Assembly (NCBI GenBank): GCA_963693365.1
Contig: CAVNZM010000005.1
Span: 1,302,001-1,366,000, forward strand
Reading direction: 5' to 3'
DNA: 64,000 nucleotides
From: Amoebidium appalachense
Taxonomy: Eukaryota > Protista > Ichthyosporea
How positions within the stretch are numbered: the first letter of the stretch is position 1; every line of letters begins with the position of its first letter. The position numbers and the translations under genes are program-made. The notes beneath the pieces were generated by a model. The model had not been told where the DNA came from. It searched no databases and saw nothing but the letters and a program-made list of their open reading frames with translations. Of the stretch, positions 1-25,192 are shown piece by piece.

Positions 1-40
1 CATCGTGTATGCGTACTTCGTACCGTGTTCCGCATTCAAA
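1..40 (+). mobile_element. 3' tail of poly(C)-ended repeat family (subfamily B), cut by the window edge
   Basis: catcgtgtatgcgtacttcgtaccgtgttccgcattcaaa followed by a C run is near-identical to 49967-50006 and 10930-10967. Confidence 0.75.
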
Positions 41-441
41 CCCCCCCCCTCCCCCCTCCCTTCCCCCACCTCCCCCCTCTCCCCGACGCTTTCCTCTCCC
101 AGAGTTCTTGCCCAGAGTCAAGATATTGAGTAGCCTTTTTGCCCCCTCGTCCCCTCCCCCCCCCCCCCCCCTCCCCCCCCCCCCCCCCTCCCCCCCCCCC
201 CCCACCCCCTCCCCTCCCCCTCCTCCATCCATCCCCCCCCCCCCCCCCCCCCCCCCATCTTTCCATTTTCCTATGTGTCTGGCTGCACATAGTGTGGCTT
301 TGGGCCGGCATAGAATGGCCGTATTGGCTTTATACATATTGATTAGTTTAGGCGCCTGTGTATGCGGTGTGTGTGTGTGCCCTGGAATCTTTGGTGAAAC
401 ACGCTTGAATGCTTGGTGTTGGTGAAACGCGGATTACAAGA

Positions 442-714
442 CTTCAAAGCAACCACGGCTGCTTCCATTTTAGCCGCTGGGCGGCGAGCCACATTAGTGA
501 CGTCATTCTGTGCACAATTTCCATGCCACCGTTTAGTCACCCTGAAAAAGGCGCGCAACTGAAGCTGGCTCTGTGGTATGTCGACATCGGCATGTGACAC
601 AATTTGATGGCGACTCTTGATTGGTGAGACACATTTGAGAAATGTGGCTCTTGGGTGCTCAGCGGTGAATCAGCGCCCAGACGCTAAAATGGGAGAAGCG
701 GTGGTTGGTTTAAG
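442..714. mobile_element. Candidate MITE with imperfect ~35-bp terminal inverted repeats
   Basis: caaccacggctgcttccattttagccgctgggcg (450-483) matches the reverse complement of cgcccagacgctaaaatgggagaagcggtggttg (674-707). No coding capacity; no clear TSD. Confidence 0.5.
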
Positions 715-761
715 GTGAACATTTGGGTGGTTAGGTGTGGGATGTCAAAGAAAGAATGCTA

Positions 762-792
<31 letters not shown>

Positions 793-1246
793 GGGGAGCA
801 GGAGGGCATAAGAAACCTCTAGGGGTGACGAGAGAGGGAAAGCTGGTGTGAGTGTGTGGACTGAGGAGATTGGGGGGGAGGGTGGGGGGAAGGAAGGGGG
901 GAGGGGGGAGGGGGGGAGGGGGGGGGCTAGGAGGGGATGGAAGGGAGAGGACAGAGTGAACGATTGACGAGGAGGAAGGAAGAGGAAAGGGAGGGTACTG
1001 CTGGTAGAGTGTGTCCGAAGGTGAGTGTGGTTGTGTGTTTGTGGATCGGATGGGATGGTTGAGGTGGGATGAGGTGGAAGGTCGGGAATATGGGGTGGTT
1101 GACTGGTGGGTTGACTGGTGGGTAGGTGATGGTGTGGTGAAGGAGTCCGTGGGTGTTTTGGTGGTGGTGGGTGATGGGTGGTTGGGGGGGGGGGGGGGGG
1201 AGGGGGGGGGGAGGGGGGGGGGGGGGGGGGGGATTCTGATGAACAG

Positions 1247-12830
<11,584 letters not shown>

Positions 12831-13872
12831 TGTCTCCCTCCCAGGCCTGGCCCCTATCACACCCACATAGACATACACACACGCGCACACACAGACATGC
12901 AGCACCTGCACACTAACGCACCCACACAAACGCACATTTTCTCTCTCTCTTTCTCTCTTTCTTGCCAACCACACATGCATGTACATACATATTTAGGCGC
13001 TTGTGCGCAGTCATTTTTCCTGAAAGGCAACCTTTGATAGTTCGCATGTCTTGACGGCTTGGCTTTCAGAGCACACAATACCCTCGTGGCGCTTGCATAT
13101 GCACACACATGCAATGCCATGACATACACATACACATATACCTTTCCGTCCGTCCCTCCCACCTCTCGTTGTTTCACGTACCCAAGTACCCGTAACACCC
13201 GTGAAATGCACACGTGTAGCAGTAGTAACACATATTGGATCAGTCTAAACGTTTGGTCACATGACTGTGAATGAATGTGCATGTGAATGTTCTTGCCCTT
13301 GTCCTTAAATTCATTAGGTCACCTTGGCACATCAACTAGCCTATAGATATATGTACATACGATGTAGTCTAATTAGACACTGCTGTTTTTGTAGGTTGTG
13401 AACGATTGTCGTTTGCAAGCTAACCGATTGTGTTGTGTGGTGTTTCTGAAACGCACCACAAGTAAGTGTAGCTGAATGACGCTGTGTGCAGTGTACATGC
13501 AAATGTTAAAGCAGGCACTTTGATTGCCTGCATAATGCATGCAGATGTACATGTAGCGCTTGGAAGTATGAATGTAGTGTAGCTGTATGCAGCTTGAGTA
13601 GACGCAAGGTAGTAAGGCCTGTGCACGAGGTCCAAGAATAACAGTAAAAGAACTGGCACCTGACGTCGCGCATACCCACAACCAACCAACCCCCCTCCCC
13701 CTTCCTCAGAAAAAAAAAGAGAGCCGAGAGAGAGAGAGGGGGGGGGGGAGAAAAAATTAAAAAGGAAAAAACACTTCACCCTCTCTTCTCCTCTTCCCGA
13801 ACCTACTTTACGGTCACAGTGTGAGCTTCTATGTATTCTCTGCTGCAGCCTCCCGGCCGGATCCCCCCCCCC

Positions 13873-13903
<31 letters not shown>

Positions 13904-14662
13904 ATTTTTAACCACCACTACTAAGTGACACGTACATGCACGCACATACTCGCACACAGCAAATTTTCACACGAGTCCATGCCTCACATACCTCCCAAGT
14001 AAAAGGTTCGTACGTACACAGCTGCATGCATGTGCCGACAGACCTGTGCACTATGAGCACTGCCCTCTATGCGCTCAGATACCCTCTCTCCGGGGCCAAG
14101 ATCTTGGATCGATGTGTACAGGTTGGGACTGGTCAGAACCGCCAGTTGTACGGTATGCATGGTGCGCAGCCGTTGGCAATTCTCCTTCAACTCATTAGAT
14201 CTAAATGACGTGTGCAAATGTACATGTAGGTTGAGAGCAAGGGCAGGTATGCAGGCATGTGCACCAGGACACTTGCCAGGTAGAAATGAGATTGAGGGTC
14301 TCGGTTCTTCCCCCGTTTACTCCCCTCTAGGATAGTAAGACTCCGTACCTCACGGAGGCAGCAGGTCTCTCCCCAGGCGGCACACTGATTTAATAAATGG
14401 GGCAAAAACAACGCCAGGCATGTGATGGGTGTCTACCACACACACGTAAAATAGCCGGGTGGCTAATAGTTATCTGCGTATGTTCAAGGCAGAAAATGCT
14501 AAAAACCTATGTATAAATGGGTCTTTTCGAACTTTGCACAAGTTTATAACTGTACTTACACACTGAATCTCCTATAAAATGTGTGATAATCGATTGCTAA
14601 ATACGACAATAACCAATATATGTATGTAGCTAGGGGACCCCCCATAAAATTTTATCCAGCCC

Positions 14663-15309
14663 CTAATCACACAAGGGCTCATTATCCTGCACCCCCAGGA
14701 AATCCTGCCATACGGAGGGCAGACGTTCACGAGGGCCCAGCGTTGCACACTCATCCCTGGACGCTAATGTCAGTGCAGCCTTTCCACGCTCACGGGGATC
14801 CCTAACCTGGCCCACAACTGGGCTCTGCATGGCGGCAGTAAACCTAGTCTTTGCCTTGCTTGCAGTGGATGCACGCTGCACTGCCTCAGTGCTGACGGAT
14901 GTGGCATCGGGGGCCACAAACTCGGCAACAACATCGCTGGGGGCAGACAGGAGCACAGGTTGCTGCAAGTCTGTGGCATCCAACACGGTGATCATCTGTG
15001 CTGGCATGGCTGACCCGAGAATAGGGGCCTGGTCGTTGACTAGCGGTGATGCCATTACTTGCAGTGTGTTAGACAGCCAGGGGATAGGGAAACTGCAAGA
15101 CGACAAAAGGGTGCGGTATGTACTGCGATCAAGTGCGTCCGATGCGTAGGTATAGCCCAAAGCGTTGATGTTGTTGACTTGACGGGGGGTGATTGGCATT
15201 GTGAACACGGCCATTTGCTGGTCGAACCCATGCGGCACTGGTGATTGGTTGGTGGTGTAGAGCTCAGGGGGGACAACGGCCCCAGGGTCACGGTCGTGCC
15301 CGTGGCATG

Positions 15310-15353
<44 letters not shown>

Positions 15354-18285
15354 TCAAGATGAGGGGGAAGGCGTGGTGTTAGAACACCATCTACATTTTT
15401 TCCTTTAGGTGCTGTTGGTGGCGCACGCATACAGGAGTGTAGCATTTGTGCACCGCCCCATACTGGGATCGCAATACTATGAAGGACTCAAATGCCAAAC
15501 GAAGAACACCCCCAAAAACCAATTACTTGCAAGCCCACAACGGCAGCATCCTCAAAACACGTCAGTACTCCTGACCGTTACATTGCACGGTGTGTGTGTG
15601 TATGTGTGCATGTACTACGGTTCTGGGGCTGACTGTGTGTGGATGGTGGGTAGGGTGGTGATGTTGGGGAGGACGTAGTTGCAGTGGGTGTGTGGAGGGG
15701 AGGGGAGGAGGGGGGGGGGGGGGGGGGGGGGGGGTGGGAGGGAAGGGGAGGGAGACCGACGTGAGAGTGAGGAGGGGGGGGAGGGGGGGGGGGGTTTTGA
15801 ATGCGTCAAAAAGTACGAAGTACACAAGAACAAACGGATAACACGATGCAGAATGCAAGCCATACATAAAGAGTATGCATAATAAGCAGAGCCCATCCTC
15901 AGGGGGGGCCCACGTCATCCACAGTACCCGAGTTTCGACCTATTCCCCTCGTTAACGAAACCCAACTCAGATACTGTTTCACTTGAACATGAGTAGGTCA
16001 CCCGTCTTGATCAGAGACGAGCAGGGTTGCTTATGCAGGCAAGGGCAGTGGGAAAGGCCGGGGGTTAAAGTTGCAGCAGTAAGCAGAAGCAAGAAAAATA
16101 TGGAGGGGGGGGGGGGGGGGGCGGAGGTTACCTGCCACATGGCCCAGCCCTTATCGACCATGGTGTGGTGAAGGAAAAAGACAGGGTCATTGGGTGAAAA
16201 CAAAACGTCATTCATGGTGCCGCCGTTGCCCCCAACATTCACATGGATCGTGCCGTGCCAGATTTTTCCACCAATCAGAGAAGCTCTGGAATGCGGGGCG
16301 GTTCAAAAAACCGGCTGCTGCTTCAGCCGGCCCAATGGTGCGCCAGGTGACCCCAAATGGCCTGGTCACACACGTGTTGCCGTTGTAGCGGATGGGACCG
16401 ATGAGGGTCTGCATGACACATGACGAGCCTGATGTGGGTAGAGAGAAAGAGGGGAAGACACTGTGAGTTCATGCTTTGTGGCAACAGATATCGTGTGCAC
16501 GTGTGCGGCGGAGAGGTTGTTTGGTTAGTCCGGAATCTACAGGGCCGGGCCTCCAGCCAAAAAAAAAAAAAAACATGTAAACGAGACTAATGGTCGAGAT
16601 GAGAGGTGATCGAGGATGAGGGGCGGGCGCGTGCGGGGGAGGGGGGGGGGGGGGGGGGGGGTAGTAACAGTAGTACAACGACATGCAACGACGAACTGGG
16701 CAAAACAGGATGCGCAGAAAGGATGCGGAGCATGCAGAGCCCACACACACCATCGGCCCCCTTTTTCCTCTTTCTGGGTACCCTGTCCAGCCCCCACCCG
16801 CATAAGTGCTAATCTACCGCTCTTATTTCTTTTTCAATGCAACATCATGTCATTCTCCTTTTGCTGGTAATGTTGGTGGTGGGTTCATTGAGTTTTCTTT
16901 TTATTCAGGGAAACGGGAAGGGAGGGGAGGGGGGAGGGGGCAGGGGGGAGAGGGGGGGGGGAGGGGGGTACTCACTGATGCCATCCCAGTCATCAATGAC
17001 ACTGATGGAGGGCCGGGTGGTCTGCACATCCTTGACGTCCTGGGTCCAGTCCCAATATGGCAGGGTCAGGCACGCATAGGAACCCCCCAGGGCACGCAGC
17101 TGGTTCTCGTACATCAGAAGCATCTGCCGGTGCCAGGCCAAAAACGCATTACTGTTGTGGCCATATTCGTTGGTGGCGGGGTTCCAATGGAGAGACTTGA
17201 CACGGTCCCATTGCCCGGAAGTGAACAGGGTTCGAACGGCACTAATGAAATTGTCTTTTTGCGCACGTGTAAGTTCACGCCATTCCTTGCGCACACGTCT
17301 TCCCTGTGCGTCAGACAAACCTGCACACACGTCGGGTGGAGGGGGTGGGGGTGCTGCGGAGGTAGTGGTTGTAGTAGTTGTGGTGGTTGTCCTCCTCGTT
17401 GTCGTGGTGGTGGTGGTGGTGGTGGTGGTGGTGGTTGTGGTGGTGGTGGTGGTGGTGGTGGTGGGTTTTGGGGTTGTAGTGGTGGTGGTGGTGGTGGTGG
17501 TGGGTTTTGGGGTTGTAGTGGTGGTGGTGGTGGTGGTGGTGGTGGTGGGTTTTGGTGTTGTAGTTGTGGTGGTGGTTGTGGGCGGGGTCGTGGTTGTGGT
17601 GGTGGTGGTGAAGGGATCGGGTGTTACAGAACGTGTTGTAGTCGTTGTGGTGGTGGTTCTCGTGGTGGTTATTGGCGGGGGGTTGGTGGTGGTCGGATTT
17701 AGGGTAGTGGTTGGGCCCGGATTTGGGGGGCAAATCACGTATCCGTAGCCTTCTGGGCTGTTGCATATGCAGTAGAAGCTCCCACGGGTGTTAATGCACC
17801 GCCCCCTTATTGGGCAAGGGGTGCTTACACATTCGTTGATATCCACACACGCTTTGTATTGGAAGGTAAATCCTTTGCGGCACCGAACACACCGCCGGCC
17901 ATTCCAATTACTTCCTGCAGGGCAGTTGGTGCCAGTGGCCACACAGCCCAGTGTCGAGTCCCAACGATAGCCATCGGCACACGTGGAGCGGCATAAACCT
18001 GTGTGTTTGTGTGTGTGTGTGTGTGTGTGTATGTGTGTGTGTGTGCGTGCGTGTGTGCGTGCATGCGAGCGTGCGTGTGTGTGTGTTGGGGGTGGAGGGG
18101 GGTGGGGGGTCAGGAGTGTGCTTGCATACACGAAAATAACATCTGTATTATCTATATCACTTTGTTTGTTTTCAAACCCTCTGCAATTTGTTGATGCAAT
18201 CCTTCCATGATCTGAGAAATTAATGTTATAGCTTGCTGGTTGTGTTCTCACCTGGGTCGGCCCAGCATTCTGCATGCTTGTAGCC
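14663..18285 (-). CDS. Tyrosinase (type-3 di-copper) with N-terminal Cys-rich/EGF-like modules and a Thr-rich linker; apparent frameshift; 5' end unresolved
   Basis: Exons 18285-18252 (probable), 17998-16976, 16428-16132, 15310-14663. Motifs: CVDINECVSTPC...CINTRGSFYCIC (Ca-binding EGF), RVRKEWREL, H...GH..NAFLAWHR, LPYWDW (CuA), HGTIHVNVGG, SPNDPVFFLHHTMVD (CuB), LGYTY. The 297-nt middle exon is out of phase with its neighbours. Confidence 0.85.
15795..16101 (-). mobile_element. Poly(C)-ended element (subfamily A) in a tyrosinase intron
   Basis: Reverse complement of 4290-4596, flanked by G runs on both sides. Confidence 0.85.
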
Positions 18286-19673
18286 CTTTACAATTCACCA
18301 AAAATTTTAGCTAAGACTTCATATGTGGAGGGAGTGTCCTACCATATCCGTCCATGTAGAAGCCGTCATCACACCTCAAGGGGACGAAGAATGATAACTG
18401 TGTGTATCCAGTTTCCGCACACAGGAGCAGGCACACTGCCCACACCAGTATTAAGGTAGTCATGTTTTCTCAATCCTGCTCCCCGTATGCGCTATGTGCT
18501 GGGCACATTAAAATATTAATGCGGTAAATTGTGGGTGGGAATGAAGGGTGCAGAGTAGTTAGACTCGGGGAGTCTTCTGGCGCACAATTTCCAGACAGCA
18601 CGCCGAATGTGCCCGTCTGGGGTCCTAAATAAGCTGCTTGCGCATTGAAGGTAGGTAGGTGCCTGTGTATCGAGGGTTTGCAGGGCAGAGTATGTGCCTG
18701 CAGCTGAAGGCAGCACTTATATATACATTTTGATAGCTATCGCATCACACAAGTCAGCTTGCACAACCATTCAAGAATGCGTGCGACTCACGGTAAGCTT
18801 TAGGTAGCTTTTATGGTGTTTGTTGTTTCTTATTTCTCGAAGACCGTTCCGGAGGCTTTGTGGCCTCGGTCACCGTGGGACTGTCCGTGGCAGCGGGTAG
18901 ATCTGAGTCACTGACTCATTTGGAAAGCACTGATTGGCTGTTGCCTACCATGAAGGCAGGAGCAGTGTAAATTGATGCGGTGCAGGCTGGCAGCCTGGCA
19001 GACGTCGACTGCAGCATTCCGTGCTCGTGCCATGCTGTGACTGCTATACATTAATAGGTTGTATTATTCAGGCAAGTCCAATAATTTAGTATTTAGCTGC
19101 TGATAGCTTCCACTATATCTCTATCTCACTAATTTGATAATTTTCTAATCGAACTTCCAGTCCTCTTCTGCCAACGTTCTGTGGTTGCTAGCTGCATTGC
19201 CCCCGTGTAGCCTCCCGGCCGTGTACAGAAGTGTAGATTGCTACTTTGGATGAAAACAATTTTTTCCTGGTATTATTTTCTTAGTAATAAAGATTGTACT
19301 AAGTCTTTGGAGCAGATGTGCCCCTTACAAATGGTGCGAGCACATTTCGACTTCTAGAAATATTTAGCACCGCTCAAATAGATTCACCTAGAACCGCTCT
19401 TGCAAATCCCCCCCCAAATTTTGAAGCATTCAGATGCTAAAAAAATCAAAGTCATTCATCCACATGCATTACCACTGGCAGATCGATATAGCCATTATGA
19501 ATATTTATCTTCAGATTTATATATAAATGCTGTAAATAGTACCTAATACTCCTGTTACACGTTCTTTATTAGTTTGATACTCTCGAACCAAATTCTTCGA
19601 CGAAGATCTTTCCGTCGAATAAATCCAGCCAAAAGAAAAATAGATCTCCTCCCCTCTCTCTCCCCTTCTCCCC

Positions 19674-20296
19674 TGGGCACAAATACAAATAAACCCCGCA
19701 ATAGTGTGTGTGTGACTTTGGACTGCCACTTACTTATTAAACATGTACACAATCACAAGATAATCACGCAATATAACAAATGGAAAAAGATACCACACGA
19801 CACTAGACCCGATGAAAGCATACACCTTGAAAAACTAAGCCTTATGTCTCGTTTTATATATACTGACCGCCTCAACCATATTGCCAAATATGGCACTCGC
19901 AAGTGTATAACACCTAAATACATATTACCTTCCTGTAGAACTGGTCTTTCTCTAGCTGATGGTATTATTGATCAATTACCACGCTTTTACTGTACACGTG
20001 CTATACAGTGGAGATCTAATAAGTATAAGGTGGCATCATTTGCATGCCCAAACAACACACACACACACCAGTTTAACCGGTCATGTATCGCCAAATGTAG
20101 TTTGATAGACCACATAATACCGCAACACACACACGTCACATTCACAACAGACACCCAGAAAGATAGCCTACCTGTAAATTACAACATCCTTGATTTTATA
20201 CTAAACACGCGTAACTACGACCTGTTTATTAGATGTATTGATTGGCTTGAGAAACACATCACTACAAAATTATAGCGCACGCGCACACACACACAC

Positions 20297-20350
<54 letters not shown>
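19674..20350 (+). mobile_element. 5'-truncated 3' end of a non-LTR (LINE-like) retrotransposon with a (CA)n tail
   Basis: AT-rich ORF to a stop at 20275, with a Cys/His cluster (WRSNKY...CPNNTHTHQFNRSC..C) like LINE ORF2 C-termini, directly followed by (CA)n. A second, diverged copy lies at 63806-64000. No RT motifs are visible, so the family assignment is inference. Confidence 0.6.
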
Positions 20351-20351
<1 letters not shown>

Positions 20352-20383
20352 CCAGCTGATACCGAGTGTCCCGAGGGGAGCCC

Positions 20384-20425
<42 letters not shown>

Positions 20426-21296
20426 GGGGAACCCCAACTAATTGATTTCTCCTTGTAGTCTTTATGGTGTCTCGCAGAGAAAGTAAACCCTGATATATAG
20501 TCACCACCCGACATCTATGTACGTGATCATGATATACCGCTGAGGGGATATTCCGAGCAAACCCCCCCCCCCCATACCTGAGACTGGTTCTCTTTGCCTC
20601 GAGTAAACAGCGTAAACCCCAGATCACCATTCCAACATAAGGTAGGGGTTTGCTGGGAGGCCCGCGCTTTTTTTTGAGAAATGGTGTAAGCGGAGAAGCT
20701 GATTGGTCAAAGCAGGTGGCCAGTAAGATTTCGCTCCACTGCGCGACGCTAACCCCAGGGTGTGCAATTTGCGTTTTTCTCAAAGTCCCATTTCAGTAGG
20801 AGGAATGTGTCATCACTGAGTTCTCTCCAGCCTGTATGGTTAGTAAAGGGGGCATCGGCCTTTCTGAGAAATATTTTTCTTGGTTTATTTTGCCCCTGCT
20901 AGGACCGCTTTGAAGGGTCATTGGACCGAAACCTTCAACCCTAAAGGCAGTGGGCCATGCAAGGCTCCAAATAATATTGCCATCGGATGCGCTGTTCAGA
21001 TGATGCGGTTGTTTCAACTTGTGCAGCGTATACGGGCCCTCTGAAGAGGGCCGCCGGGTACGGCGCACCGTCCAGCACAGTATGTACTGGACCGGCAGGC
21101 TGCACAACGGCGTCAGCGCCGGCGGTGCCGTGCATACGCCCAGCTACGCCGCTGAATCTTGTGATTGATAACATGCAAATGCACAAACACATGCATGGGG
21201 ACGTAACAATCGAACTAAAATGCGGTGTAGTATCACTGCCGTAATTGCCTTGGTCAGGATTGTTTCTCGAGCCCCTACTAGGCCTAGGGCCTCTCC

Positions 21297-21359
<63 letters not shown>

Positions 21360-21539
21360 CGGTACCTACCCACCCACCCAACCACCCACCCACCCACCCA
21401 CCCCGAGCCCTCTTTCCCTACCTCCCTCTCTGAGAGATCTCTCTAATTCAATCTATCTCTCCCCCACCCCCCTCTCTGCCTCTCTCTCGGCCCCAATCCC
21501 TCCCCACTGCCTCTCTCCCCAATCCCTCCCCACTCCCTC

Positions 21540-22120
<581 letters not shown>

Positions 22121-22806
22121 TTTTCGTTTTGAATTTTTTTTAATTAACGTCATATTCAGCACTGCTGCCTTTTGGTGGGTACCGGCCCCAGGAGACATAT
22201 ACCTACTTTCTAGGCTGAGCCCGCCAAACAGACATGGCAGAACTATCTATGGGACTAACAAAATTTGGCAAACAGACCAGGGGGCTTATGCTGAATTTCA
22301 AAGAAATCAGCGACTAGTTAGGGGGGCTCGGTTACGAAATTTTGCCTGTTTGGTGAGGGGGGTTCTACCGTAGTGTGGTGGGGCTGTGGGGTCTGTGGTG
22401 GTGGGGTATGTCTGGTATCCCATATCGTGTGGTCGTGTGGTGGCTGATTTTTGTCTATATAGGTGTTGTTGTGGGTTGCACACTATTCCGGTGTGTGTAT
22501 CTGCATTTTGCGCAAGCCGGCAGGGTGTGTGTGTTTTTTTTTGGGGGGGGGGGGGGGGAGGGGGGGGAGGGGGGGGGGGGGGGGGAGGGAGGGAGAGGGG
22601 AGGAAGGGGGGTTGTTCTAGGCGTTATGACTTGTTTCTTCCTACGGGCGGTAGCTCTAGGCTTGTGGTTTTTGTGTTGGTGTTTTGTGTGGGGGTCTGGG
22701 TGTTATGTCCTACATCTAGTTTTCCATATCATACAAAGAAAAACTCAGATATGAATACCTCCCTTCCTCCCCCCACCTCCCCCCCCCCCCCCCCCCCCGC
22801 CCTTCC

Positions 22807-22838
<32 letters not shown>

Positions 22839-23029
22839 CAACTCCGGGATCTGTCACGGCTCCCTCCCTTCCGTATTCCCCAATACCACCTTGTCACCAA
22901 ATTTCGTCTCGATCAAAGTTTTCAAATTTTGATTTAGGCAACGTTACGGTAATAAATCGTGCGCACTGTGTGCATGTGGGTGTCCGTGTGTTGTGCACGA
23001 GTGGACCCACGTGTGGGTACGGTGGGTGA

Positions 23030-23267
23030 ATGTGTGCGGTGTGTGTGTGTGAATGTGTGTGTGTGTGTGTGTGTGTGTTTGTGTGTGTGCGTGTGTGTGT
23101 GTCACACGGTGTGTGTGTGTGTGTGTGTTTGTGTGTGCGTGTATATGTGTGTGTGTGTGTGTGTATGCGTGCGTGTGTGTGTGTGTGTGTGACCCCAGTA
23201 CGTGTTTGTGCGTGCGTGTGCGCACGTGTGTGTAGGCATGTGTGTGTGTGTGTGTGTGTGTGTTTTG

Positions 23268-23325
<58 letters not shown>

Positions 23326-23369
23326 TCCCAGTACGTGTTTATGTGTGCGTGTGCGCACGTGTGTGTAGG

Positions 23370-23457
<88 letters not shown>

Positions 23458-23460
23458 TGT
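23030..23460. repeat. (TG)n field with an internally duplicated ~45-bp block (cccagtacgtgttt...gtaggcatg at ~23193 and ~23327)
   Basis: Read directly from the sequence. Confidence 0.85.
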
Positions 23461-24308
23461 GCGTTATATGCAACGGCAGTCAAGTGTGTGCGCTAGATAA
23501 AGAGGAAGGGGCTGGGGGGGGGTATATTCCCTTCTTGCCTTTCCTTGCCGGTGCCCATCGCTGCGGCAACAGAGCCAATACAGAGCATTCATTAGGTAGT
23601 ACGTGCTGCAGCACAGCAGCAGGCATGGTGCTTTTGATGAACCGGGATTATTATCTGCAATGCTATGCATTTCGTACCCACCTTTCCTGAGATGACAAGG
23701 CAACCCTCCTTTTTACCCCTCTCCCCCCTCCCCCCCTCCCCTCTCCCCCCCCCCCCCCCCCCCTCACCCTGGCCGGGCCTTGACTCCTGGGCCTTCTCCT
23801 TAAACACCCCTCTATCCGGATACACGAGGCAGGCCTGGATGCTCTCTTTCACATGTGCGTTGTAGCAGCTCTCTGAACAACCACCATTAAGCCGATTTAG
23901 GGACCCTTATCTGCCTTCCGGCTCTCTCTCCCCCCTGCACTTCCCCCTCCCTCTCCCCCTCCCCCCCCCCTCCCCCCCCCCTCCTCTTCACTCTTCCCCC
24001 CAAAACCTCCGCCTGGGCCACACAAAGCTTCCCTGCAGCGGTTCCGGGGTGCACATTACCCCCCCCCCCCCCCTCCCCCCCCCCCCTCCCCTCCCCCTCC
24101 TCCTCACCAACCACACACACACAGTGACGCACACCGTGACACGCACACACACCGTGACACTTCGACACACACATACACATACACTCAATCAGAAAAAGGA
24201 AACATCCCATCATTACCCCGTCTGAGAATTCCCTTCACACACAGAGAGCTACAGTAACCAGCCATGCATCCCTCAAGCGCAATACCCCCCCCCCCCCCAC
24301 TCCCCCTC

Positions 24309-24341
<33 letters not shown>

Positions 24342-25065
24342 CGCCTTTTTTCCTTCTCCCCCTTTCCCCTACACACACACATGTGTATGTGCATTATTAC
24401 GTAGGAACTCTATTTGCATGCACCATCCTTGGGCCCGGGCGGCAGTGTTCAAAGTTCACATTTATTACTTTGTTTTCTGAAATTTTTAGCTAATGTGCAA
24501 CACATTAGGCGTACCTCTGGACATCTGTACACTCAGTCTGATGCATGCACTGCCTTTCGTGCTTCTGTTTGCATTATGTTTTGTACTCAAGTCACCGTAA
24601 ATTACGTATGTAGACCTCCCTATGGCCCACCCATCTATGCATCCACCACTGCGGCTAAGGCCATGAACCATGGCAAGATACTTTTAATGTTACTCCTCAG
24701 CCTTCTCTCCAAGGGTCCAAGGTTGCCAGCTCACTTACACACACTACACCCAGTCACTTAGAGAGTCTCTCTTTCTCACTCACTTCTCCGTGGCTCTCCC
24801 TCCCGCCTCCCCCTCGGAGTCCCTTCACTGATAAAAGCAACCCCATGCCGGTTCAATAGCCGATACTCACCAACGTTTACACCAACCCTCCTCCTAGGCC
24901 GAGGGAGTATATCAAGGGGGGAGGAAGGGGGAGGGGGGATGGGGGGGAAGGTCTGTGTGTGTTGGGGGGGTTGGTTTTGGAAGGGGGGAGGGGGGTAGCC
25001 TGGCTCCCGAACAAAAGCTTTCCTTCTTTCGCTTGCTTTTTCCTTTTCTTCCTGTCTTTCATTTC

Positions 25066-25113
<48 letters not shown>

Positions 25114-25143
25114 CCCGGCGCGGGGGGAGGGGGGTGGGGGGGT

Positions 25144-25192
<49 letters not shown>

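Noticed and set aside
14764-14806. Possible 43-nt intron in the last tyrosinase exon
   Set aside because: The frame reads through to a plausible C-terminus; splicing would shift the frame.
20450-21290. Complex sequence with ORFs of 85-170 aa, possibly a transposon remnant
   Set aside because: No recognisable motif and no second copy in the window.
22150-22370. LPFG reminiscent of a reverse-transcriptase motif
   Set aside because: Followed by stops and no YxDD; chance match likely.
23540-24740. Scattered exon-like segments on the minus strand
   Set aside because: Could not be joined into a phase-consistent, recognisable protein.
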